A DNA stretch of 26,763 bases from a virus. How positions within the stretch are numbered: the stretch's first letter is position 1; each line of letters opens with the position of its first letter. Positions 16,462-24,787 of the stretch are shown one piece after another. The position numbers were made by a program, and so were the translations under genes. The stretch spans positions 1 to 26,763 of the IMG/VR virus record IMGVR_UViG_3300050505_000309; one strand, written 5' to 3'. Below the pieces are notes generated by a model. It was not told the origin of the DNA. It did not search any database and worked only from the letters and a program-made list of their open reading frames with translations.

Positions 16462-16693
16462 GATCGCCTGTCGGTGCCGGGCTGGAGAAGATGAGGACGG
16501 GCACTACATCGTGTTTTGCCCCCTCCACGCTGCTGCGAAACCCGCCCTGGACGCGCTAGAGACCGCGATGGAGTGGCTGGACAAGAATGAGCACCACGAC
16601 CGGCTGACCGTCAACGACTTCATCGATGGCAGCGGCTTCTCCGCACAAGCGAGCGCCGCCATCCTCGCCGCACGTGGCCCCGCAACGTCGTAA
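16451..16693 (+). CDS. Hypothetical protein
   Basis: CRC...IVFCPLHAAA. Confidence 0.65.
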   Translation: MSTEIACRCRAGEDEDGHYIVFCPLHAAAKPALDALETAMEWLDKNEHHDRLTVNDFIDGSGFSAQASAAILAARGPATS

Positions 16694-16759
16694 CGCGGTT
16701 CTGAAATTCAGAATCGCGATTCCCGCCCCCGGCGGATTCCGGGGATAAAGGAGACTCGC

Positions 16760-17674
16760 GTGAAGCTCATCGAGAACCCCCTCAGCATCTTCAACCGCGC
16801 CGTGATCCTCAAGCTGACGATCGGCAAGCCTGGCAACCGCATGCAGCTCGACAAGAACCAGTACGAGGTCGATGCCGACAAGGACAGCACGTCGGCCCAG
16901 AAGAAACTGCTCAAGGCCCCCGAGATCAGCGCGGCGGGCAAGGGCCTGGACCAGTGCCGGGCCGCCATCCGCAAGCTGTCGATGTCCTCCCCGATGGGCG
17001 ACGGCACGCGCCTGCTGTCGATCCTGGCCGTCCCGAAGGCCGAGGAGTTGATCGCGGGCGCGATCACCACGCTCAACACCGTGCACAAGCCGCTCATCCG
17101 GGAGAAGTACAGCCTGCGCATCCAGGAGGCCCAGCGCGATCTCAACGGGCTGTTCAACCTGGCCGACTACGCCCCGGTCGACGAGTTCGTCGAGAAGTTC
17201 TACATCGACCAGATGTACATCTCGTTCGGGGCTCCGGAGGCGCTCGCCTCCGTCCGCGCGGACCTGCTCACCCGAGAGCAGAGCCGCCGGCAGACCCAGG
17301 CCCAGCAGACCGCCGAGGACGCGCCCCGGGAGCTGGCCACCGAGTTCAAGGCCTTCACCGAGCGCTTCATCGCCCGTACCGGCAAGATCGCGGCCGGCGA
17401 CAGCACCAAGGTCAAGGGCCTGCTCGACAACTTCCTGGAGTTCCTGAACAACGTCCCGCTCCGCAACCTGCTTGAGGTCGAGGAGCTCTCCACCCTCGCC
17501 ACCAAGGTATCCGGCATCCTCGGCGGCGTGTCCCCCGACATCCTGCGGGAGAATCGCCGGGTCCGCGACTACGTGGAGAACGAGTTGTCCGGCGTCCAGA
17601 CCGAGTTGACCACGTTCCTCAACCTGCGCCCCGGCCGCTCCTTCGAGGTCGGCGGGTCGGAGGAGGCGGCATGA
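16760..17674 (+). CDS. DUF3150-like protein
   Basis: AAGGAG RBS; KKLL, LNGLFNLADY...KF pattern; C-terminal LRPGRSFEV. Confidence 0.65.
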   Translation: MKLIENPLSIFNRAVILKLTIGKPGNRMQLDKNQYEVDADKDSTSAQKKLLKAPEISAAGKGLDQCRAAIRKLSMSSPMGDGTRLLSILAVPKAEELIAGAITTLNTVHKPLIREKYSLRIQEAQRDLNGLFNLADYAPVDEFVEKFYIDQMYISFGAPEALASVRADLLTREQSRRQTQAQQTAEDAPRELATEFKAFTERFIARTGKIAAGDSTKVKGLLDNFLEFLNNVPLRNLLEVEELSTLATKVSGILGGVSPDILRENRRVRDYVENELSGVQTELTTFLNLRPGRSFEVGGSEEAA

Positions 17675-18018
17675 TGAGCGATCTGCGCAAGGCCCTGCTT
17701 CCGCTGCTCCGAGCGGAGGGCATCGCCCGCGTCACCTGCACGTATTCCGGCTCCAATGACGAGGGATGGCTCGAGAAGCCGCACCTCTACAACGCGGCCA
17801 ATCAGCGCCTCGCAGCCGGGCCAGACACTCCGGCCCTCTTCGCACTCTGCGAGCAGATCGAGACATTCCTCAACGAGATCCTCGAGGACCAGCATCCCGG
17901 ATGGGAGATCAACGACGGCGCGGACGGGGAGTTCTCGTGGGACATCCCGGCCGACAAGCTGACCAACACGCACCACGAGCACTACATGAGCACCAACACC
18001 TCGGAGGACGACCTATGA
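17671..18018 (+). CDS. DUF6878-like protein
   Basis: GIARVTCTYSGSNDEG...GWEINDGADGEFSWD. Confidence 0.7.
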   Translation: MMSDLRKALLPLLRAEGIARVTCTYSGSNDEGWLEKPHLYNAANQRLAAGPDTPALFALCEQIETFLNEILEDQHPGWEINDGADGEFSWDIPADKLTNTHHEHYMSTNTSEDDL

Positions 18019-18434
18019 GTTACGAGAACGAAGGGCTCCCTACCAACCCGACTCCGGAAGAGATGATCGAGTTGAAGGACGGCGAGCTCCTGGAGGCGCG
18101 CGCGGAGATTCTTCGGGATCTCCGGGCCGGCGGGATCACCCGGGTCGAGGCCGAGTACGACGGCTCCGGGGACAGCGGCCAGATCAACGGGGTCGGCTTC
18201 TACATCGGCGACACGGAGACAGCCGACCCCGGCCTCGGCGTCGAGGACTTCATGTACCGGCTGCTCGAGGAGTACGGCCTCAACGGCTTCGACAACGAGG
18301 GCTCGTCGGGCACGATCAAGTGGGACCTGACCCGGGACATCATCTTCATGCACCACGGCTGGGTGGTGGAGTCCTACGAGGACGACTCGAAGATCATCGG
18401 ACCCGGCCCAACGCCGGATCGAGACGTCGCATGA
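18015..18434 (+). CDS. DUF6878-like protein (second paralog)
   Basis: GITRVEAEYDGSGDSGQI...DNEGSSGTIKWD. Confidence 0.7.
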   Translation: MSYENEGLPTNPTPEEMIELKDGELLEARAEILRDLRAGGITRVEAEYDGSGDSGQINGVGFYIGDTETADPGLGVEDFMYRLLEEYGLNGFDNEGSSGTIKWDLTRDIIFMHHGWVVESYEDDSKIIGPGPTPDRDVA

Positions 18435-18775
18435 GCCACCCCAGCATCCACGCGGTCAGCTCTGCGAAGCGGTTCGGTGGCAAACCGGAGGACTACGAGC
18501 CCATCCACGACTGGTTCGACGCGACCAAGGAGACGTTCGCCGACTTCCGGCATCGGGCGCTCCGGCACCATAGCCAGGGCATCTTCGAGGCCGAGCGCCT
18601 GTTCGGCCACACGATCACCAACTCGGACGGCCGCATGGTCCCCGTGCGGTACATCGGCGAGCAGCATGTCAAGGAGGACTGCGGCGGGTTCATCCCCACC
18701 GTGGCCGACTGGTTCCGCAACATCAAGCGGGAGGTGTGGATGAGTCGCGGCTACACCCTCAAGGAGGACGAGTGA
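18431..18775 (+). CDS. DUF6915-like His-rich protein
   Basis: HPSIHAVSSAKRFGG...IHDWFD...RHRALRHH...GEQHVKED. Confidence 0.75.
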   Translation: MSHPSIHAVSSAKRFGGKPEDYEPIHDWFDATKETFADFRHRALRHHSQGIFEAERLFGHTITNSDGRMVPVRYIGEQHVKEDCGGFIPTVADWFRNIKREVWMSRGYTLKEDE

Positions 18776-19020
18776 TGAACAAGCCGGTGCGGATCGCGTG
18801 CCCCCGGCAGATCAACGAGGACGACGCCTGCGAGGCCGATCTGGTCGTCTGGATCGGCGGCAAGGGCGAGGAGGATTCATTCATCGATCTGATCGAAGAC
18901 GCCCCGTGCGGACACATCCTCACGGAGGCCGAACAGGAGGTGATCTTGGAACGGGCCAACCGGGAGTTGGCCGATCGCGAACGGGACCGGATGGAGTATC
19001 GCGCGGAGGATCGCTGGTGA
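18775..19020 (+). CDS. Acidic hypothetical protein
   Basis: AAGGAGG RBS, coupled. Confidence 0.65.
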   Translation: MNKPVRIACPRQINEDDACEADLVVWIGGKGEEDSFIDLIEDAPCGHILTEAEQEVILERANRELADRERDRMEYRAEDRW

Positions 19021-19136
19021 CCGAGTACGACCGGAACCTCGTCCTCCGCGGTGGCCTGTTCGTGCTTGCGCTCATCGTTGGCCTTGCCGTAGTGTTCGGC
19101 GTGTTCGTGCTGATCGAGTACACGCCCGCGCCGTAA
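19017..19136 (+). CDS. Single-pass membrane miniprotein
   Basis: GGAGG RBS; GLFVLALIVGLAVVFGVFVLI. Confidence 0.6.
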   Translation: MTEYDRNLVLRGGLFVLALIVGLAVVFGVFVLIEYTPAP

Positions 19137-19179
19137 ACCGCTGTCCCCGGCAGCTTCGGCTGCCAGATAGGAGAACCCC

Positions 19180-20070
19180 GTGGCCGCTCCCACTCCGAAC
19201 CTGATCCTCCGCTGGACCGACCTCATCACCATCCCGCTCAAGAAGCACCCCGTCGCCCGCGATGTCTCGACCGGCGCGGTCAATCTGCACAAGGGCTGCC
19301 TCGAGGCCGGCGCGGTCGAGCCCAAGCTCGGCAACGCTAGCCAGTGCAAGACCTGCGGCAAGATCCTGGACAAGAGCGAGATCATCAAGGGCTTCCCCGA
19401 GAACGGGCGCTGGCTCCCCGTCACCGAGGAGGAGTTGAAGGCCCTGGCCGCCGAGAGCACTAAGGAGGTCGAGGTCGTCGGCTTCTTCCCCCTCGCCCAG
19501 ATGGACCTGCGCTGGGTCGCCAAGGCCGACTACCTCGGCCCCCTGGGACGGCCCGCCGAGAAGGCCTACCACCTGCTCACCGATCGGCTGCGGGAGGGCA
19601 AGCTGGGCGCGCTGGTGAAGTACACCGGCTACGGCCGGGACAAGATCGGCATCATCCGCGCCGGGGCCGAGTCCCTGATGCTGCACGACGCGTACTTCCC
19701 CGCCGAGCAGCGGACCTACGCCGAGCAGTTCAAGGAGCCGCTGATCCCGATGGAGTTCTCCCCCGAGGAGAAGAAGCTGGGCGATCAGCTCATCGCCTCG
19801 AAGGTGATCGACTTCAACGTGGCCATCCTCGAGCAGGCCGACCAGTACCTCGATCGGGTCGAGACGTTGAAGGAGACCCGTCGCAACGGGCTGCCCCTGC
19901 CGCAGTTCGAGAAGGCCCCCGCCGTCGCCGCCGGTGGCGATCTGCTCGCCGCCCTCAAGGCCAGCCTGGACCTGCGCCCCGGCCGGTCGTTCGAGATCGA
20001 GCCCAAGCCGCCCGTCAAGATGGAGGCCGAGAAGCCCAAGGCCAAGACGAGCAAGAAGAGGAGTGCCTGA
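19180..20070 (+). CDS. ku: Ku DNA end-binding protein
   Basis: IIKGF, VTEEELKAL, YLGP, KAYHLL, DLLAALKASL and basic tail of prokaryotic Ku; H..C...C..C Zn ligands. Confidence 0.85.
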   Translation: MAAPTPNLILRWTDLITIPLKKHPVARDVSTGAVNLHKGCLEAGAVEPKLGNASQCKTCGKILDKSEIIKGFPENGRWLPVTEEELKALAAESTKEVEVVGFFPLAQMDLRWVAKADYLGPLGRPAEKAYHLLTDRLREGKLGALVKYTGYGRDKIGIIRAGAESLMLHDAYFPAEQRTYAEQFKEPLIPMEFSPEEKKLGDQLIASKVIDFNVAILEQADQYLDRVETLKETRRNGLPLPQFEKAPAVAAGGDLLAALKASLDLRPGRSFEIEPKPPVKMEAEKPKAKTSKKRSA

Positions 20071-20261
20071 TGCCGTTCTATCGCGCCGTGGTCGTGAAAA
20101 CCTACCTCGTAGTCGTCCAGACCGACAACCTCACCCTCGCCCAACAGGAAGCCCTGAACGCTGTCAAGGGACAGACCGGCCAGAGAAGCCACGTGTTCGA
20201 CACCATGATCAACGTCGAGAGCGTAGCCGTGCTCTCGGTTGGGCAGGTGGACGACGTATGA
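20070..20261 (+). CDS. Hypothetical protein
   Basis: TGATG coupling, GAGGAG RBS. Confidence 0.6.
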   Translation: MPFYRAVVVKTYLVVVQTDNLTLAQQEALNAVKGQTGQRSHVFDTMINVESVAVLSVGQVDDV

Positions 20262-20488
20262 ACGCGCTCGACGCGAAACTTGAGGTCTCCCCGAAGTACG
20301 ATGTCCTCGGCGGGCAACACTGGATGACCCCGCGCGGGCCGATCACCTTCACGATCAAGATCGGCGGGTGCAGCAAGACCTTCGCCCGCGTGGTCGCCCG
20401 CAAGATCGCCCGCCTCTGGAACGACGACCTGCGTGCCAGACGCCCGCAGACTTTGGCCCGGCGCAGGCGAACGGCGGCGCGCGTATGA
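20258..20488 (+). CDS. Hypothetical protein
   Basis: ATGA coupling at both ends. Confidence 0.6.
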   Translation: MNALDAKLEVSPKYDVLGGQHWMTPRGPITFTIKIGGCSKTFARVVARKIARLWNDDLRARRPQTLARRRRTAARV

Positions 20489-20715
20489 GTTACGCCGCGC
20501 AAGCGATACTCCGCAAGGTCGAGTACGCCCTCAGCAAGGACCGGGAGCTCGATCCGGCCCCGGTGATCCGCCAGCAACTCATCAAGTGGCGCGACGCGCT
20601 GCTCACCGCCCCGCTGGATACGGGGCAGGTCGTCCTTCTGAGCCAGACCATCGCCCATCTCGCCCGGCTCATCGCCGCCGAGGAGGCCTTGATCCCGAAG
20701 GAGAGCCGCCGATGA
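20485..20715 (+). CDS. Hypothetical protein
   Basis: ATGA coupling at both ends. Confidence 0.6.
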   Translation: MSYAAQAILRKVEYALSKDRELDPAPVIRQQLIKWRDALLTAPLDTGQVVLLSQTIAHLARLIAAEEALIPKESRR

Positions 20716-20915
20716 AGCGACGGACCGAGATCGAGAAGCTCTATGCCGTCGCCGACGGCGACGAGGCCGACGTCCTCGATCGCCTCAGAGAGAAGGCCGG
20801 AATCACCTGGGAGTGCCGGGACGAGAACGGCTACTCCCACTGGACCAACACCAGCCGCCGCAAGACCTGCGAGCGGTGCCATCGGCCCCGCCAAGGAAGG
20901 AGGAAGGCCGCGTGA
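20712..20915 (+). CDS. Small Zn-finger-like protein
   Basis: AAGGAG RBS; WEC...CERC. Confidence 0.65.
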   Translation: MKRRTEIEKLYAVADGDEADVLDRLREKAGITWECRDENGYSHWTNTSRRKTCERCHRPRQGRRKAA

Positions 20916-21745
20916 AAGTCGACGTGATGGGCACGGATGCCGTCTGGCTCCCGACCGACATTGAGGAGCGGGAGCTGGACGGCTTCCTCGAGAACGACAA
21001 CTACTGCCTCCAGAAGAAGGAAGACGGGGTGCACGTCCTAGCCTCGCACACGGCGGACGGGCGGATCGACGTCCGCAATCGCCGGGGAGAGCTGCACCGG
21101 ATTCCCCCCGCGCTCGAGCGGGTGCTGCGCCAGGTCCCCCGCGAGACGATGCTCGACGGCGAGAAGCTCCACGAGGGCGGCCTCGTCGTGTTCGACATGC
21201 TGTACGGAGCCGGGGAGGATCTGCGCGGCTTCCCCTACACCGGCCGTCTCGCCCGCGCGGCCGAGCTCTGCCTTGAGGTCAACTCGCCCCTGCTCCGCGT
21301 GGTCGAGACGGCCCTGACCCCGCCGGCCAAGCGCGCGCTCGCCGACCGGCTCCGCGCCGAGCGCGCCGAGGGCCTGATCCTCAAGGATCTGCGCGCGCCG
21401 TACCGCCCCGGTCGGACGGCGTGGGGCTGGACGATGCGGCGGCTCAAGTTTCTCAAGAGCCTGACCGCCATCGTCCAGCGTCCGGCAACCGGCACCAAGG
21501 CCCATTTCGAGATGTTCTTGATCGATCAAGGAAAGGTGGTGAGTATCGGAACGGTGAGCGCGCAGCAGTTTTACGACCGTCTCATTCCCGGACAGAGTGT
21601 CATCGCGGAGGTGTCCTATCTCTACGCCACGCCGGGGAACCGGGTCGTCCAGCCGCGACTCAAGCGGCCCAACCCCTTCCGGACCGACAAAGCGCCGGAA
21701 GACTGCACGATCGACCAGCTCGTCACAGGAGGTCGCTTTGCCTAA
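20912..21745 (+). CDS. Minimal ATP-dependent DNA ligase
   Basis: Nucleotidyltransferase motifs I (KEDG), III (LDGE), IIIa (VFDML), IV (EGLILK) and V (RLK), then an OB-like domain. Confidence 0.85.
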   Translation: MKVDVMGTDAVWLPTDIEERELDGFLENDNYCLQKKEDGVHVLASHTADGRIDVRNRRGELHRIPPALERVLRQVPRETMLDGEKLHEGGLVVFDMLYGAGEDLRGFPYTGRLARAAELCLEVNSPLLRVVETALTPPAKRALADRLRAERAEGLILKDLRAPYRPGRTAWGWTMRRLKFLKSLTAIVQRPATGTKAHFEMFLIDQGKVVSIGTVSAQQFYDRLIPGQSVIAEVSYLYATPGNRVVQPRLKRPNPFRTDKAPEDCTIDQLVTGGRFA

Positions 21746-22127
21746 TCTCCGTTCAGCCGAGCTCCCGAGTGGGCTTCGGAACATCGCCGCGTGGGGGAAG
21801 CGCTCCTCCAACGGCTCAACCAAGTACGAGATCGTCCTGTGGGACTCCGGGCACATCTCCTGCGACTGCCCCGGATGGACCTTCAAGCGGAAAGACAACC
21901 TCGACAAGTTCGGACACGAGCGCTGGTGCAAGCACGTCGCCGAGTTGTTCGGCGAGGCCCAGCAGATGTACGCGCAGTTCCTCGGCCGCTCCGGGCGGAA
22001 GTGGGACGCCCCCCAACAGAACGACGACGACGAGCCCGACGTGATCCCGCGCGTGAAGGCGCGCCGGGAGAAGCCGATCGAGGCCGCGCCGATCTCCCTG
22101 CGGCCCGGCCGCAGCTTCGAGGTCTAG
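21738..22127 (+). CDS. SWIM zinc-finger protein
   Basis: AGGAGG RBS with TTG start; SCDCPGW...WCKHV; ends LRPGRSFEV. Confidence 0.8.
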   Translation: MPNLRSAELPSGLRNIAAWGKRSSNGSTKYEIVLWDSGHISCDCPGWTFKRKDNLDKFGHERWCKHVAELFGEAQQMYAQFLGRSGRKWDAPQQNDDDEPDVIPRVKARREKPIEAAPISLRPGRSFEV

Positions 22128-22129
22128 CC

Positions 22130-22390
22130 ATGTCAGCACCCGAGCTGTTCCAGACCCCCATGGGCCGCAAGTTCTACGAGGGCACCATGCCCCGGATCGC
22201 CGCCGCGCTGGAGTTGATCGCGCAGCGGTTACCGCATCCCTTGTCCTCCGCGGTCTACCTCGTCCGGCATCCGAGTAGCCCGGGGACGATCCTCGCCATC
22301 TTCTCGGACAAGAAGCTGGCCACAGAAGTCGCGCTTAGGACCGGCGGGCTCGTCGAGCCCTGGACCATCACCGAACGGGAGGACTCATGA
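22130..22390 (+). CDS. Hypothetical phage protein
   Basis: FQTPMGRKFYEGTMPRIAAALE. Confidence 0.7.
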   Translation: MSAPELFQTPMGRKFYEGTMPRIAAALELIAQRLPHPLSSAVYLVRHPSSPGTILAIFSDKKLATEVALRTGGLVEPWTITEREDS

Positions 22391-22587
22391 ACAACGACAG
22401 CCGCGCCTTCGCCGCCCTCGACACCGCCCACAACCGCTTCCTGTCCTCCGGCGATCCCAAGGCCGCCCAGAAGGTCTCCGATCTCTATCGCGCCCTCTCC
22501 GGCGGATGCCGCCCCGCAGGTAGCCACACCTGGCCGGTCAGCGGCCCCTGGTGCTACTGCGGGCGCGAGAAGTGGAGGAACCAGTGA
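22387..22587 (+). CDS. Hypothetical protein
   Basis: GGAGG RBS, coupled. Confidence 0.65.
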   Translation: MNNDSRAFAALDTAHNRFLSSGDPKAAQKVSDLYRALSGGCRPAGSHTWPVSGPWCYCGREKWRNQ

Positions 22588-22958
22588 TCGATCTGCCCCC
22601 GCGAGAGACGCTCGGGAAGGCGATCTATCTTGAGGCTTGCTACCAGCAGGACATCGCCTACATGTTCGATCGGCATTGGGACCACTACGGCACCCACCGC
22701 GGCTACCGGGAGATCGCCCGGCGGACGTGGTATCGCGGAGGCTGGTCCGAGACCATCCGCCGCCTCTACACCCTGATGGACGCGGTCTACGACTTCGCCG
22801 ACACATCGTTCGAGTGCGGAGAGTGGAACCGCAACGATAGCGACGAGCCCTGGGATCGCGTCTACGAGCGGTCCCGGAAAGCCGAGGCCCGGCTCTGGGA
22901 GGCGCTCGCCGTCCTCGTTCCCTACCTCAAGCCCTCGTCACAGGAGAACGCCGCATGA
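22584..22958 (+). CDS. Hypothetical protein
   Basis: GGAGG RBS, GTGA coupling. Confidence 0.7.
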   Translation: MIDLPPRETLGKAIYLEACYQQDIAYMFDRHWDHYGTHRGYREIARRTWYRGGWSETIRRLYTLMDAVYDFADTSFECGEWNRNDSDEPWDRVYERSRKAEARLWEALAVLVPYLKPSSQENAA

Positions 22959-23194
22959 CGCACGAGGAAGCGAGCAACGTGCTGTACGGCCAGAAGGTCG
23001 ACGTCGACACGTCGGTCTTCTCGGCCTCCCCGATCCCGACCGGCCAGTACATCCGGTGCACGCCCCGGTTCCTGGAGTCCAAGCGGGGCATCGGGGGCTG
23101 GGCCGACATCGAGGGCGACCGCATGTACGTCATCCGCGAGGGCGGTGACGGCCTCTACGCCCACATCGCCCTGATCCGTGCGGTGCCCGCATGA
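22955..23194 (+). CDS. Hypothetical protein
   Basis: AGGAG RBS, coupled. Confidence 0.65.
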   Translation: MTHEEASNVLYGQKVDVDTSVFSASPIPTGQYIRCTPRFLESKRGIGGWADIEGDRMYVIREGGDGLYAHIALIRAVPA

Positions 23195-23670
23195 AGGAGG
23201 GGCTCGAGCTCGCCCCCCGGGAGTTCGTCCGGTCCTCGTGCGATTGCGGCGATTGCGCGAAGTTCTGCCGGCAGCGCCCCGGCCACCTGATCCCGTCCGA
23301 TCTGTTCCGCATCGCCGACTTCCTGGTCCGGGAAGGCCGGATCCCGGAGACGAAGTACGTGATGGACTCCCTGCGCGCGTCCAAGGGGGCCATCGTCGGC
23401 GATGCCAGCGGCCAGCTCTACCGGATCGGCACCATCACCCCGGCCGTGCGGGAGGATGGCGCGTGCGTGTTTCTCACCGAGGACAACCGCTGCTCGATCC
23501 ACGCGGTCGCCCCGTTCGGCTGCGCCTACTTCTCCGAGCACGACGAGAAGCGCCAGGCCGACATCTATTCCCTGTGGAGTCTCCGGCTGATCGCCGGGAC
23601 CCCGGCCTACGAAACCGCCCGGCAAACCATCGCCGCGCGGGACGGTGGGGCCGCCGAGCCGTTCAAATAG
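23191..23670 (+). CDS. YkgJ-like cysteine-cluster (Zn/Fe-S) protein
   Basis: CDCGDCAKFC...CVFLTEDNRCSIHAVAPFGC. Confidence 0.75.
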   Translation: MKEGLELAPREFVRSSCDCGDCAKFCRQRPGHLIPSDLFRIADFLVREGRIPETKYVMDSLRASKGAIVGDASGQLYRIGTITPAVREDGACVFLTEDNRCSIHAVAPFGCAYFSEHDEKRQADIYSLWSLRLIAGTPAYETARQTIAARDGGAAEPFK

Positions 23671-23680
23671 GAGGACCCTG

Positions 23681-24034
23681 ATGGCCAAGCCCAAGAAGCC
23701 CGTGCTGTGCACCAACTGCGGCGGGGAAGTCGCCACCGTCCCCGCACCCGCAAAACCCCGTGGCGAGTCACGGACCATCCGAGTCGCGCTGTATGCCGGC
23801 TACCGGCAGCTCGGCTATCTCCCCTGCCCCACCTGCAAGGACTATGTGGACCCCGCGACCCACGACTGCGCAACCTACGAGACGATCTGGGTCGTCACCC
23901 GGAGCATGGATCAGTTCGCCCGCGCGATGCAGGCGATCTGGGCCATGCCGATCTACGAGAAGGACGCGGCCGACGGCTGCGAGCTGATGGCCCGCGCGGG
24001 CGCGGCCCCGCTCGAGATCGCGGAGGCGGCATGA
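23681..24034 (+). CDS. Hypothetical protein with two CxxC
   Basis: AGGAGG RBS; CTNC, CPTC. Confidence 0.7.
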   Translation: MAKPKKPVLCTNCGGEVATVPAPAKPRGESRTIRVALYAGYRQLGYLPCPTCKDYVDPATHDCATYETIWVVTRSMDQFARAMQAIWAMPIYEKDAADGCELMARAGAAPLEIAEAA

Positions 24035-24258
24035 GGCCCGGCGAGGTCCGTATCGACTCGTGGGACGGCCTCATCGAGGCACTCCGTGGCTGCCAGACCT
24101 TCCTCGAGGGCGCGATCACCGACGTCGCCGTCGAGCCGGGGGAAGAGGGCGGGCGGGTACACGCCGAGCGGTTGCTCGGCCATACCACCGATGCGATGGT
24201 GCTCGCAGTCTGGATCAAGGGCGTCGCGATCGCGTCCGAGAAGCTGGAGCCCGAATGA
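24031..24258 (+). CDS. Hypothetical protein
   Basis: GGAGG RBS, coupled. Confidence 0.65.
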   Translation: MRPGEVRIDSWDGLIEALRGCQTFLEGAITDVAVEPGEEGGRVHAERLLGHTTDAMVLAVWIKGVAIASEKLEPE

Positions 24259-24407
24259 AGACCTGGGACGAGTTCACCCGGGAAGAGTGGATGGCCGCCT
24301 GTCGCGAGGCGTGCGCGGCCACCCGACGCCCCCAGCCCGAGAAGGAGGGTCCCGTTGATCCAGGAACTCCGGCAACTCCTGGCGCAGCTTCGCCCGATCC
24401 GTCCTGA
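24255..24407 (+). CDS. Hypothetical protein
   Basis: ATGA coupling; 3' part overlaps the next gene. Confidence 0.45.
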   Translation: MKTWDEFTREEWMAACREACAATRRPQPEKEGPVDPGTPATPGAASPDPS

Positions 24408-24672
24408 GCCCGTTCGGCTCATCCCGCTCCACCCGCTGGCCGTCGCCGCGATCCCGGTCGCGGCCGCGCGGTGGTGTGAGGATTGCAGTCTGGTATTCCC
24501 CCAGGCCCGGCACTGTCCGGGCTGCGGCGCGGAGAGCCACGTCGGCCTCCGAATGCTGCTGAACAGGGAGGCGTATGGCCCACAAGTACCGTCGCTCGGC
24601 AACCGGGTCGCTGGAGAAGATCCCCATCACGGAGGCCGATCTGGCTGGCGGCCTGACAATCCTCCCCGGTGA
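24355..24672 (+). CDS. Zinc-ribbon protein
   Basis: AAGGAGG RBS with TTG start; CEDC...CPGCG. Confidence 0.6.
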   Translation: MIQELRQLLAQLRPIRPEPVRLIPLHPLAVAAIPVAAARWCEDCSLVFPQARHCPGCGAESHVGLRMLLNREAYGPQVPSLGNRVAGEDPHHGGRSGWRPDNPPR

Positions 24673-24787
24673 CATGATCCCCATCCCGGGGAAGAAGCCG
24701 CGCCGCTATCGCGCGCCGCGGGTGCTTGGTCCCGACAACAAACCGCTCCGGCCCCCGATCACGGCGGTCCGGAAGAAAGGTGCGTGA
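24575..24787 (+). CDS. Basic hypothetical protein
   Basis: GGGAGG RBS. Confidence 0.55.
   Translation: MAHKYRRSATGSLEKIPITEADLAGGLTILPGDMIPIPGKKPRRYRAPRVLGPDNKPLRPPITAVRKKGA

Larger units (their letters stand above)
2686..16712. repeat. Dispersed palindromic motif TCTGR-N3-YCAGA (about 15 copies)
   Basis: Core starts: 2686 (N4), 2704, 3469, 3904, 4830, 5287, 5840, 6746, 7550, 8061 (N2), 8321, 9870, 11465, 13706, 16700; almost all lie between a stop codon and the next RBS or start. Confidence 0.9.

Noticed and set aside
2686-16712. Dispersed palindromes as a CRISPR array or integron attC sites
   Set aside because: They are only 13-25 bp, irregularly spaced by whole genes, lack RYYYAAC/GTTRRRY ends, and no cas or integrase gene is visible.
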